NCBI GenBank assembly: GCA_951406725.2
Contig: OX597818.1
Span: 88,908,001-88,972,000, forward strand
Direction: 5' to 3'
DNA length: 64,000 nucleotides
Source: Octopus vulgaris
Taxonomy: Eukaryota
Shown: in pieces, positions 41,051-52,749 of the stretch
How the letters are laid out: every line of letters begins with the position of its first letter
How positions within the stretch are numbered: position 1 is the stretch's first letter
The notes under the pieces: generated by a model
Database searches by the model: none
What the model was told of the DNA's origin: nothing
Seen by the model: the letters and a program-made list of their open reading frames with translations, nothing else
Program-made: the position numbers and the translations under genes

Positions 41051-41359
41051 AACAATTGCAGCGTGGAAGGTGTTTGTAAGCTATTTAAGAAACACACAAA
41101 AGCTGTTCGATTCACTTCAACGTTTAAGTTTAATTTGTCAAAATATTTTCGTCGCTATAAGCACAGATTTTTGTCAGTGAACAGGTCGCGGTTATAGCGA
41201 CGAAACTATTTTGACAAATTAAACTTAAACGTTGAAGTGAATCGAACGGCTTTTGTGTGTTTCTTAAATGGCTTACAAACACCTTCCACGCTGCAATTGT
41301 TTTCGTTCCAGCACACGATCTCAGATCAAATCACTTACTATGCAAGTACATCTCCGTAA
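41051..41359 (+). mobile_element. Fold-back insertion (PLE pseudo-LTR-like) with 110-bp inverted arms and a TSD
   Basis: 41051-41160 is the reverse complement of 41192-41301 with 3 differences; flanking direct repeat taccacat(aa) at 41043 and 41360. Confidence 0.85.
41170..41218 (+). ncRNA. Minimal hammerhead ribozyme variant (G3:C8 core)
   Basis: TTTGTCA-GTGAACA-G-GTCGC-GGTTATA-GCGAC-GAAA-CTAT-TT-TGACAAA: 7-bp stem I and 5-bp stem II. Confidence 0.62.
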
Positions 41360-42343
41360 TACCACATAAGTATCACAATAATAATAACTCTACACCAGCA
41401 ACAGTGTCAGAACAAGATGTGTTACACAGCATCACAACAAGATGTGTTACACAGCATCACAACAATATCATCACCAAAATAACAACCCTGTAATTCTTAC
41501 TTACAAATTTGGTGCTTTTGACTGATCTTAAACCCTAAAATATTTTGTGAAGGTAGGATTTTACTTATGTAGGACTTTAGTTGTTCCAGGCACAGTTCAA
41601 TTCCTGTTCCTTGTTGCGAGAACAACGAATTAGTACAATAATGATACTGAACAACACATTGTAATTAAAACATGGAAAAGTGTTGAGCATTTTATGTAGT
41701 TGCAAGTATATTTAATGAGTAGCTTAAAAGCCGTGCTCCGTGCGGACTTTTTAGCTAGCTCCTGCGGAAGGCTAACTGGGCCTGCGGCCCAAAACTAAGT
41801 AGGCCTAAATAGGATGACTATAATGTGTCTATAACGACGATATAACCTGGTGGTGTTTGATCAGAGGTTAAGGACAGATGAGGATTTTGTAATGCAATCA
41901 TTGTATTGTTCCCAACCCAAGTCGAATTCCAACTGTTGGCCAATTTGTCCCAAATTTCCTATCTCGATGTAAAATTAACGAAGCAAATGTCATTTATCTC
42001 CCCCTTGATCTCTGGCGTCATCTGACAAACGCCATCAAGATTGAGTGAATTAGCCAAGAAATATCACCCCAAATGCTTTTAAATCAGATCCCAATGTTGG
42101 GTATTGAAGAACCAAATGAGGGACAGATTTTCACTGCCGGGATCATCCTGATTCCAAAAAGTTATAATATGTCTGCGTAGAACAAATGTAGACTGAGATA
42201 CAAGGGTCCTAGAAGAACAGACACAATTTCGCTTTTATTATTATAGATATGTTTCGCCTTTTCTTCAAGTCTTCTCAATGAAACATAGCTTCCTATCACT
42301 CGCCGAAACAACAGTGAACTAATCGTTAAGTATATATATATGT

Positions 42344-42725
42344 GGAGGCGCAATGGCCCAGTGGTTAGGGCAGCGGACTCGCGGTCATAGGATCGCGGTT
42401 TCGATTCCCAGACCGGGCGTTGTGAGTGTTTATTGAGCGAAAACACCTAAAGCTCCACGAGGCTCCGGCAGGAATGGTGGTGATCCCTGCTGTACTCTTT
42501 CACCACAACTTTCTCTCACTCTTACTTCCTATTTCTGTTGTACCTGTATTTCAAAGGGCCGGCCTTGTCACTCTCTGTGTCACGCTGAATATCCCCGAGA
42601 ACTACGTTAAGGGTACACGTGTCTGTGGAGTGCTCAGCCACTTACACGTTAATTTCACGAGCAGGCTGTTCCGTTGATTCGGATCAACCGGAACCCTCGT
42701 CGTCGTAACCGACGGAGTGCTTCCA
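42344..42725 (+). mobile_element. SINE family A, full length, probably young
   Basis: A-box tggcccagtgg, B-box ggtttcgattcc, terminal stem-loop cgtcg-taac-cgacg; inserted in a (TA)n tract. Confidence 0.93.
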
Positions 42726-44698
42726 ATCCAATATATATATATATAAATCCCACACTTCATTATACGGTATACAGGGTTACCGGATTAGGGTATGAATAGC
42801 GGATTACACTATTTTTTAAAACTGCACGCTACTATACCTTTTTCTTTCTTTCTTTCTTTTTCTTTTTGCTTTTGGCGAGGATGCTACTTAAAAATTTGGG
42901 ACTAAAATCTTATACTTTACTGTTTCATTTGTATCAATTACATTTGGCCAACCAGTAAAATTTAGAGACAAATTAAATGGAATTTGCCCTACCATAATCT
43001 TAAATGCTTTGAATAATAACGTATAATGAACGCACTGTCTTGGAAAAGCAAATCACAATGGCACTGTAATAGCTATTATGGAATTAAATAGCTTAATGCA
43101 GTAATCTACCAAAGTAGTTTATAAAAGTAATACATAAACAGAGCTAAGTCAATAATGTGAGTGTCCACAAACTTTTACTTCCCATGGAAATTTATTGGAT
43201 TATTGAGAATTTATTGCTGATTACATTGTGCAATAGCCGATACGGTGCTACCAATTACATAATATTCCGAACAAATTCCTTACACATGCACATTAATATT
43301 TTATGTATTTTTGCTAATAATTTCGATGTGAAATTTCAATATTACTTAAAATTACTCGAAGGTGAAAATATTTTGATAATTATAAATTATTAACATGTTG
43401 TAAAAGATATTGGTATGTGTCACGTGTTTTAGAATGATTGAATGCAGAATTGGAACACTGGCAGGCAGGCATGCATTGTTGGTGGCGTTGTTTGTTTACA
43501 GTTTGCCTATGAGAGACAAGCTTCATCATCAGTGGTAAAGCAGGTGTTTAAAATTAAATTTTATTTTAGCGTTAACTTGCTACCTTTTAAAATGGCAAGT
43601 AATCTAATATTTTTCAATGCATCCTTTTGTATTTCAAAAGATAGAGAGCGAATCGAAAGATTGTTGGCTGCTATTTTCAGCATGTTGAGTGACTCGTAGA
43701 CGCTTGCTAATATAATAAAGAAATATCAGGTGTTTTCGGACACCGCACTTATGATTTCCTCTTTAAATTCAGAATGAAAATTGTCCACCTGAGAAATGAG
43801 CCCCGCAAGGTGGAGTGACTGTTGTAGTGAGTATCACTGGCCTTTTTCCGTGGCAATGCCTTTGCTATTATATCCGCGGGGTGCAGCTGAACACACGATT
43901 CAAATTTAGGCATAGCATAAAGCTTGTTACCCCCTACACCTTACCCTTTCTTTCGTTGCTTAGTTCTCTTTTTCTTTTTCTTTGTATTCTTGTGGAAGGA
44001 ATTTTAGTGTTGCTGTTTCGGTGGTGGATTTCTGATTTCGCTTATATTTTTCTAATGTGAAAGATCGCTGTAATTTTTCAATAATCTAATCTTTTACCCT
44101 TTTTTCTTTATTTTAATCAATTTATGTTTACGTGCTCAAATAAAGACATATCATTAAAAAAATTTTGTTGGAATGTTGTTGGAAGATGTCAGTCAGTTTT
44201 TTCGAACATGTCTCAATAATATCAAAACTCTATTTCTGTTTTGGTACTGAACTGCAACACTTACGTTTAAACCGGTGAAACTAGATTGCCAAATTTATCA
44301 GGATATGAGCTGACTATTTACAGTATCCTACTAAAACAATGGTACGGGTTGAAAGCGTGTTTTCAAAGCGTAGCCTCCACCGAAACAGAACTGGGGACTA
44401 GTTTGGCGCCGGATCTAATCTTGTCAGTGTTAAAACTGGTAATCTGTTACGAACAAAACATTTGCTGATAAGAAGCCATGTTAAAATATAACTGACGCAT
44501 TCCACAAAAATGAAGAAGAAATCAATTAAAGAGAGAGCGCATTTCTTGATGGCTTCAAACTTAATTTTTAATGGTAAGAATCCTATTAAACCATTCTATT
44601 AAATTATCATCAAAGCAAATTAGAATAGACCTAGATACAATCTTTGTGTGTACGTGAGTGTGTGTGTGTGTCTGTCTGTCTGTAAGTGCGTTTATATA

Positions 44699-44741
<43 letters not shown>

Positions 44742-44781
44742 CTATATATATATACATGCATACATACATATTCATACATGA

Positions 44782-44812
<31 letters not shown>

Positions 44813-45738
44813 GAAAGATAAATGCATACTTTGCTAACTATATTTTAATTTAGTCTACTTTTTAACCGTTAATTTTTTAATTAATTTTGGCAAATTTTTA
44901 TAAAAATTATCTAGTAACACTGATGGAAAAACATAAATACTGCCATTTTAAATTTGTTTCAAATTCCATCCAGATCATACCAGAGACTCTTTAAGTTATG
45001 TGAGACTATATATAGATCTGAATCTGGAAATTTTCTCTCCAACGTTCAAACTTGAGTAGGATTCTTTATAAGGACAACCAAACAAGTTTCTTCTTACAAT
45101 GTCTTCACTGTTGTTCAAGCGAAAAGCAACGGTTGGCACAGCTTGGCATCATTATCATCGCAGATGTTGCCGCCGTAAATGAAGGAACTCCAGTAGACAC
45201 TGCAAAGACATCTCGTCTGATCCTTTAACAAATTCCACCATGATGAACCCCTGGGCAATTCAAATCATTTATTTATTCACTGTAAGCCACAGCATACATA
45301 GATTAGAATTGGTTCCTTAGATCAATGAGACCCCCGGTCGACCGCACAGTGTGTCCATGCCTTAAGACGTCACTGATGTCTTGAACTGGTTCTTTGCTTA
45401 GTGAACCCGGAAAACTGAAATACAAGGTTGACTTAGACATAATCTCGGCAACCCAAATCATAGACACGTATACTACTGGAACACTATGTTGATATTCAGA
45501 CGATTAAACAGTAATGTGCTTTTGCTTACAATATTTTATGGCATAAACGACAGTGAAGTTTATTAGATGCACCACAATTTCAGAGGATAAAAGCGTTTAT
45601 TCAGGGAGAAAGTTTTTAATGCATTAAATCACACAATATCTAAAGAAATTTAACTGTACATTAAAAAGTACCTTAACTATTGCAGAAAATATTATTGTAT
45701 AGATAATAACGTTTAAGTAAATATTATTATTATTACGA

Positions 45739-46139
45739 AGGCGGCGAGCTGGCAGAATCTTTACGTTCTGAGTTCAAATTCCGCTGAGGTTGACTTTGCC
45801 TTTCATCCTTTCAGAGTCGATACAATTAGTACCAGTCGAGCTCTGGGGTCGATGTAATCGACTTACACACTTCCCAATAAATTTCATACTTTGTACCTAT
45901 AGTAGAAAGGATTATTATTACTATTAAGGCTTTGAGCTGGCAGAATCGTTTGAATGCTGGGTGAAATGTTTAGCGGTATTTCGACCGTCTTTATGTTCTG
46001 AGTTCAAATTCCGCAGAGGTCAACTTTGCGTTTCATCCTTTCGAGGTCGATAAAATAAGTACCAATCGAACATTGGGGTCGATGTACACGACTTACATCT
46101 CCCAAATGAACTTGCTGGCCTTGTGCCAAAATTTGAAAC

Positions 46140-46140
<1 letters not shown>
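45739..46140 (+). mobile_element. SINE family C dimer
   Basis: Two head-to-tail units, each followed by ATT repeats. Confidence 0.88.
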
Positions 46141-46227
<87 letters not shown>

Positions 46228-46230
<3 letters not shown>

Positions 46231-46631
46231 TAGTTTTATTTTTATAGCGTGCTTTCACTTCACTACCGGCGCAGCTCTGTGTGCCTTAGGTATGTGCTGT
46301 GATTTGTTGTGATGCTCTGATGGTTATTTTATGGAAGGTGTTCTGCGTAGGATGTGTGCAGTGCCTAGTAGTGCAATTTTCTGTATGTTATATGTGTTTG
46401 TAAGTCCTGATGTTTTTGTTATGTATTTGTCTGAATATTTTTTTATCATGCCTAATGCACCTACTATGATAGAAATTGTTTCTGGTTTTAGATTCCACAT
46501 TCTGGTTACCTCTATTTCCAGGTCTTTGTATTTTGAAAGTTTCTCCATTTCTTTTAGAGACACGTTGTCATCTGCTGGTATTGATACATCAATTAGAAAG
46601 CATTTTTTTTCTTCATGATCTCTGACAACTA

Positions 46632-46632
<1 letters not shown>
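46228..46632 (-). mobile_element. 5'-truncated R4/Dong LINE 3' end (restriction-like endonuclease C-terminus plus 3' UTR) in a (TAA)n tract
   Basis: CFLIDVSIPADDNVSLKEMEKLSKYKDLEIEVTRMW...IIVGALG...IQKIALLGTAHILRR; ATT arrays on both sides. Confidence 0.92.
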
Positions 46633-46694
<62 letters not shown>

Positions 46695-47204
46695 CATCAT
46701 CATCATCATCATCATTATCACGGAGACAGATTAGGGAGAAGAGCCCATCTAGATTAAAATTAGCTTTTAGTAGTGAGTGTCAGAAACAAAATTAGCCAAT
46801 TGGAAACCCAGTTTCACTTATAGGAACCGAGACACTTTTTTTGAAACAACGTTTTCAAAATAACGTACATCTTATATGCCATCAAATACGGTATTAACTC
46901 AGGGATTTCGCTATTGCAAGGTTTCGTCAGTGGAGTGTAGTATTTATATTACTTGCCGAATTACGAGGGAGCAGATAGTTGACTAGGTGCACTTAGTCAT
47001 ACATTCGTTGATATGGAGTAAGTCAGACGCTGACAGGTTCGATTTATTATAGATAAAATCCACGTGATAATTGGATAGTTATATATATTAAACATGTGTA
47101 AAGTTTACAACAGTAATTGACTAAATAGCTGTTTCTGTCGTAGTCAGAGTCGTCGTCGTCGTTGTTGTTATTGTTGCTGTAGTTCTTGTTGCTGTTGCTG
47201 TTGT

Positions 47205-47667
47205 CTTCTTCTTTTTCTTCCAATCAGGACTTACGCCATTAGCCACAAAGAATAATTTCTAATTCGAGCCTGATCTAAGCTGCTAAGAATGCGTGCGGCA
47301 ACTTGAAGATCCACCCACCACACGCCATAGACTGGCGGTTGCACGGGCGCAAAAGTTACGTTGTTATTCTCATTCCGTAAACGGTGGCTTTTAACGGGTG
47401 GAGAGCTGAACCATCCTGGGGTACAGAGGATTCGCAATCTAGACTAGGGTCTGAACGTTTACCACACCATAGTATGTTTACACCATGGTTCCTCTGCTTT
47501 GTGGCAGAAAGAGTGAAGAAGAAGTACAGCTAGTGTCACCACCCTCCCCTCTGGATCCTCGTGGAGCTTAGGTGTTTTTGCCCAATAAACACTCACGATA
47601 CCCGGTCTGGGAATCGAAACCGCGTTCTTACGACCGCGAGTCTGCTGCCATAACCACTGGGCCATTG
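47205..47667 (-). mobile_element. Chimeric SINE: family A head, structured body, GAA-rich tail
   Basis: 47515-47667 is the reverse complement of the SINE A head; body unrelated to the 42344 copy; ends in gaagaaaaagaagaag. Confidence 0.75.
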
Positions 47668-47954
47668 CTGCTGCCGCTGTTGCTATTGTTGTTTGTTATT
47701 GGCCGATTAGACACATAATCAGGGACGTTCCCGGCAAAAACCTCCTGACTTATATACAGATATAACTAATGCTACATCATCCAAAAAATCCATTATTAAC
47801 AAATAAAAAGGAAAAAGAAAATCACACGATAGAGCGTATTTCCAGGGATATCTGGCTGCTCTTTACAACAGATACAGAGACCAGGGACAGGTTCCATCTT
47901 AGTCTCTAGCATCCTTGAATGTGCTTCCAAGATATTTTTAGCTGGCGTAGTGCA

Positions 47955-48529
47955 AAATAAATCGAGATGGTAACTGCACTCCAGAAATAAGGCGGCGGAT
48001 AGTACTAGGCAGAGAGGCAATGGTCAGCATGAGCAAGGTCTGGAAGAGTAGAGACATCAGACTCGCTACCAAACGCAGATTGGTGAATGCAATCGTCTTC
48101 CCAATAGCAACATATGGATGCGAGACCTGGACACTAAAGAAAAATGACCAGAAGAGAATTAATGCATTCGAGCTTTGGTGTTGGAGAAGACTTTTACGGA
48201 TTCCATGGACAGTGAGGCTCACCAATGGAGAAGTTCTTAACCAGATCAAGCCGAAACTGTCGCTAGAAGCTAGGATCACCAAGCATAGATTGACAAATTT
48301 TGGTCATATTATGCGGAGAAAATCCCTGGAGAAGGACATCATGCTCGGAATGGTCAGTGGCAAGAGAGAAAGAGGCCGACCAAGAACCCGCTGGCTTGAC
48401 ACCATCAAGAGTGACACGGGAATGGACATAGCCAATCTGAAAGAAGCGACCCAGGATAGAACTGGTTGGGGGACACTGATCCATCGAGTAACCGAGAGTC
48501 GACTTAGACTGAGCGGATAGCTAGATAGA
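47955..48529 (+). mobile_element. 5'-truncated RTE-clade (BovB-like) LINE; frame open 47957-48520
   Basis: EIRRRIVLGR..VFPIATYGCETWTL..INAFELWCWRRLLRIPWT..FGHIMRR..LEKDIMLG..GKRERGRPRTRWLD; GATA-like tail; TSD TAGTGCA at 47948-54 and 48530-36. Confidence 0.95.
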
Positions 48530-48991
48530 TAGTGCATTTTAAGAGGAACCGTCTTTGTCGCGGACATCCTCGGATGTGACTCCAATAAATATTTGGCTGC
48601 TATTTCTAACTTGTTTACCGACCATAGACAGACTCCATCCTCCACTTTGGTATCTTCTTTTCTTCGTCTGAATTATATCCCTTTATGCTGTAACAAATAC
48701 AATTTATGAAGGTTGAAAGAAATGTCTGTTAGTGAACACAATAGCAACGTTCCAGCGAGTGATTTCAATAACCATTGCATCGTATTTGTTAGACATGGAT
48801 TTGTTCCAAATATTTACAGCAGAGACACTTATGGCCATGTTCTGTGGGGAATAAACAAATAAAGGTTACATAAATACGATATCGATATACATTTGTAAGT
48901 GTGAAAGTATGTAAATGAGTGTATGTGTGTATATGTGTGTGTGTGAGTGTATGTATGAATTCATATGTGTTTCTGATATATCGACACAGGG

Positions 48992-49024
<33 letters not shown>

Positions 49025-49042
49025 TGTATGTATGTATGTATG

Positions 49043-49118
<76 letters not shown>

Positions 49119-49640
49119 ATAGAACTGTTTGGTGCCTCAGTCTTTATCTGTGCTTGGATTCATCGTGTGTCTGTACGTATGCAAGTATAATGTTTATAAA
49201 ATATAGTTACATAGATATTTGTGTCTATGTGTGCTTATACATACGCGTGTATCCATGTATGTGTATATATATATACATATTTATATATATATATACACAC
49301 AGAGATATATGTGTGTGTATGTATGTATGTATGTATGTATGTATGTATGTATGTATGTATGTATGTATGTATGTATGTACGTATGTATGCAGGTAGGTAG
49401 GTAGGTAGGTGTGTAGGTAGGTAGTAGTGAGAGAATAGATTCCAACTGGAATAAACATCTATTCTCTCACCTCTTTTATCTGATTAATTTTTTATATATA
49501 AATTCTCTACCATTGTGATTCCTGAATTTTCAGAAAGAAAAGCGGTAACATTAAACCGCAGCCATAACGACTCTTTTGCTCGATAGTCGCACAATAGATG
49601 ATGTTTCAGTGAGATCAGTCCATCAGTCCCGATGCTCGCG

Positions 49641-49681
<41 letters not shown>

Positions 49682-49699
49682 ATACATACACACACACAC

Positions 49700-49791
<92 letters not shown>

Positions 49792-50370
49792 ATGTAACAA
49801 TATATATATTATATATACATAGATATACGCACATATATATACATATGTATATATACATACATATGTATACATATATATATACATACTTATATATGTTTAT
49901 ATTATGCATATGTATATATATAAAATACTATAACATATATATATTATATATATATATAGATATACACACATATATATACACATGTATATATATATATATA
50001 TACACATATATAAGTATATATATATATATATATATACATACTTATGAATGTTTATATATGCATATACATGTGTATATATATACATATATATATGTGTGTG
50101 TGTGCGTGCATACATGCATACGATCTCAGAATAAAACTGGAGTATCAGCTGCAAATTTTTTTTTATTATAACAACAGAAATTATATAACCTTTACACATG
50201 TCTCGCTACTGTATGCTAATACGCTACGAAATAATTGTTAGAAAGACTGTTGCATAATCACACTATAACCCCAGCTCATCAGAAGGAAGCGTTAATTTAT
50301 TTCGCTAGTCGTCACCAATAGCCTTCGTGGATAAGTGATTACGTGTGTGTGTGTGCGTGCGCGCGTGTGT

Positions 50371-50408
<38 letters not shown>

Positions 50409-50681
50409 ACATGCAAACACATAATGCCGAAACGCCAATGGAAAGAGAATGATAACGAAGAAATGGTACTCACTAAAGTATGTAGGATGGTAAAATGTAT
50501 TATGGATATTTAGAGTAAGAGACGTGGAGCAACGATTCTCAAAGTTTTGAACATTCATTTCAGCATATCTATTCTTTAGTTATATATACAAGCATATAGT
50601 TATATATACAAGTATATATGTGCAATTGTAACGAGATATTGGGAACGACAAATATACAAATATGCAGAGTGCCATCAATAC

Positions 50682-50765
<84 letters not shown>

Positions 50766-51002
50766 GAGATAGACATAGACAGACAAATAGGTACATAGAT
50801 CATAGGAGAAACAGAAAGATAGACAGACAGGCAGGCAAACAGACTGATAGATGGAGCGAGTCGGGAGAAGGAAAGATTTGTGTACACAAACCTCTTGTGT
50901 AATTGTATTTATGTGCATGTGAATGTGTATATGTGTGTATATGTATATATATATATTTATATGTATATATAAGTATGTAAATATATGTATAGAAATAAAT
51001 AA

Positions 51003-51091
<89 letters not shown>

Positions 51092-51192
51092 AACTTATAT
51101 ATACATATAAATATATATATATATAATAAATCAATAAGCGAGTTATAAACAGTAGCTGCACGGTGTCGTGAAGTATATTCGTCACTTAAATT

Positions 51193-51278
51193 TGGCTAAC
51201 CATGAAGGGTGGTTACTACTGTAGCTTGTCCTCCTGGGGCTACAAGCCACAGTAGCATCCACCCTTAAGGGTTAGCCA
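51193..51278. repeat. Imperfect inverted repeat (37-bp arms, 5 mismatches)
   Basis: 51193-51229 is complementary to 51242-51278. Confidence 0.85.
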
Positions 51279-51301
51279 CATTTATGTGGCAAATATACTT
51301 C

Positions 51302-51422
<121 letters not shown>

Positions 51423-51429
51423 ATATATT

Positions 51430-51470
<41 letters not shown>

Positions 51471-51504
51471 CATATACATATACATATATATTTATACATA
51501 TATA

Positions 51505-51675
51505 TATAAATGGAACAAAAACGCAACAGAGGACAATAAAAACATTCGGATAAATAGACGATACAAAGGCGGACAAGAGAAACAACAATTAGAAGAGCAG
51601 GCAAAAAAAGTTGGGTCAGTCGTGGCCTTCTTTCCTCACTCAAGTGCCAGACGTCACGACCATTTCGGGCAGTTA
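51505..51675 (-). repeat. Dispersed repeat, homologous to 14845-15000
   Basis: Reverse-complement similarity by eye. Confidence 0.75.
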
Positions 51676-51702
51676 CACTTGAGCTGGTTAAGTATATATA
51701 TA

Positions 51703-51745
<43 letters not shown>

Positions 51746-52114
51746 TCATGCTTGTTTCTCATACTCTCCTTACGTATCTGCTATTTGTCAGTGTGCAGTA
51801 AATATGTAAGTATGCGTCTGTCAGTATTTAGGTGCATACTTTATGTATATGTATGTTTGTTATTGTGCATGCCTGCTTTCATGTGTCAGTATGCAGCTTA
51901 ATGCAGTAAATTAAAATACATATTTGCATGTGGGGGTGTGTGTAATATGATATTATTAGTTGTTTAACAATGAATAAATCTTTGAAAACCCATACACACT
52001 CACAGACTCACACACACACACATATGCAAACGTATTCACATGTACACACGTATTTATGTCTGCACACACGCGTAATTCATAGATACTGCAAAACAGAGAA
52101 ATCATATTACTGCT

Positions 52115-52145
<31 letters not shown>

Positions 52146-52528
52146 GCGCTCAGACATACGTGCACGTGTGTGCTTCTCTGTCTATTAAGTTTTTTTTCCT
52201 GTAGGATGTATTTTCCCACGTGGCTTTGTGTATATAGGCATATGTGTATGCGTGTGTGTATATACTTTTAAACAAATGTGTGTGCGTATATGTGTATGTT
52301 TGTATGAGTTAGTTAATGTGTGCTTCTATGTACTAACATACGTATGTGCAAACGGATGTATACATGTATATGTGTCTTTTAATAAATACAGTTATTCTTT
52401 AGATATGTGTGTTTGTGTATACATATGTGAATGTATAAAAGTTTGTGCACGTGTAAAATTTGTAACGTGTTTGTTTACCTTTTAAATAGGTATATATGTG
52501 CATATAAATATATATACATATATATTTG

Positions 52529-52583
<55 letters not shown>

Positions 52584-52612
52584 TATATGACTTCATCAAA
52601 AATATGATATAT

Positions 52613-52749
52613 ATAACATAAGGGACTAAAGCCATCTGAATATGGCTAGGGACAGGGCAGGGTGGTGGGGGGTTAAATGCAACAGTAACACCCCCACCAC
52701 CCTGCCCTGTCCCTAGCCATATTCAGATGGCTTTAGTCCCTTATGTTAT
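52613..52749. repeat. Perfect 59-bp inverted repeat with a 19-bp spacer
   Basis: 52613-52671 is the exact reverse complement of 52691-52749. Confidence 0.97.

Noticed and set aside
41412-41464. 25-bp tandem duplication (also 23 bp at about 60810 and 18 bp at about 62967)
   Set aside because: Simple local slippage duplications; no spacers, so not CRISPR
42344-42420. tRNA gene
   Set aside because: tRNA-like A and B boxes belong to a SINE head with no proper acceptor stem and continue into the SINE body
45180-45500. Very old RTE 5'/endonuclease remnant
   Set aside because: Only a faint YKVD..I.S.T-like trace; not supportable
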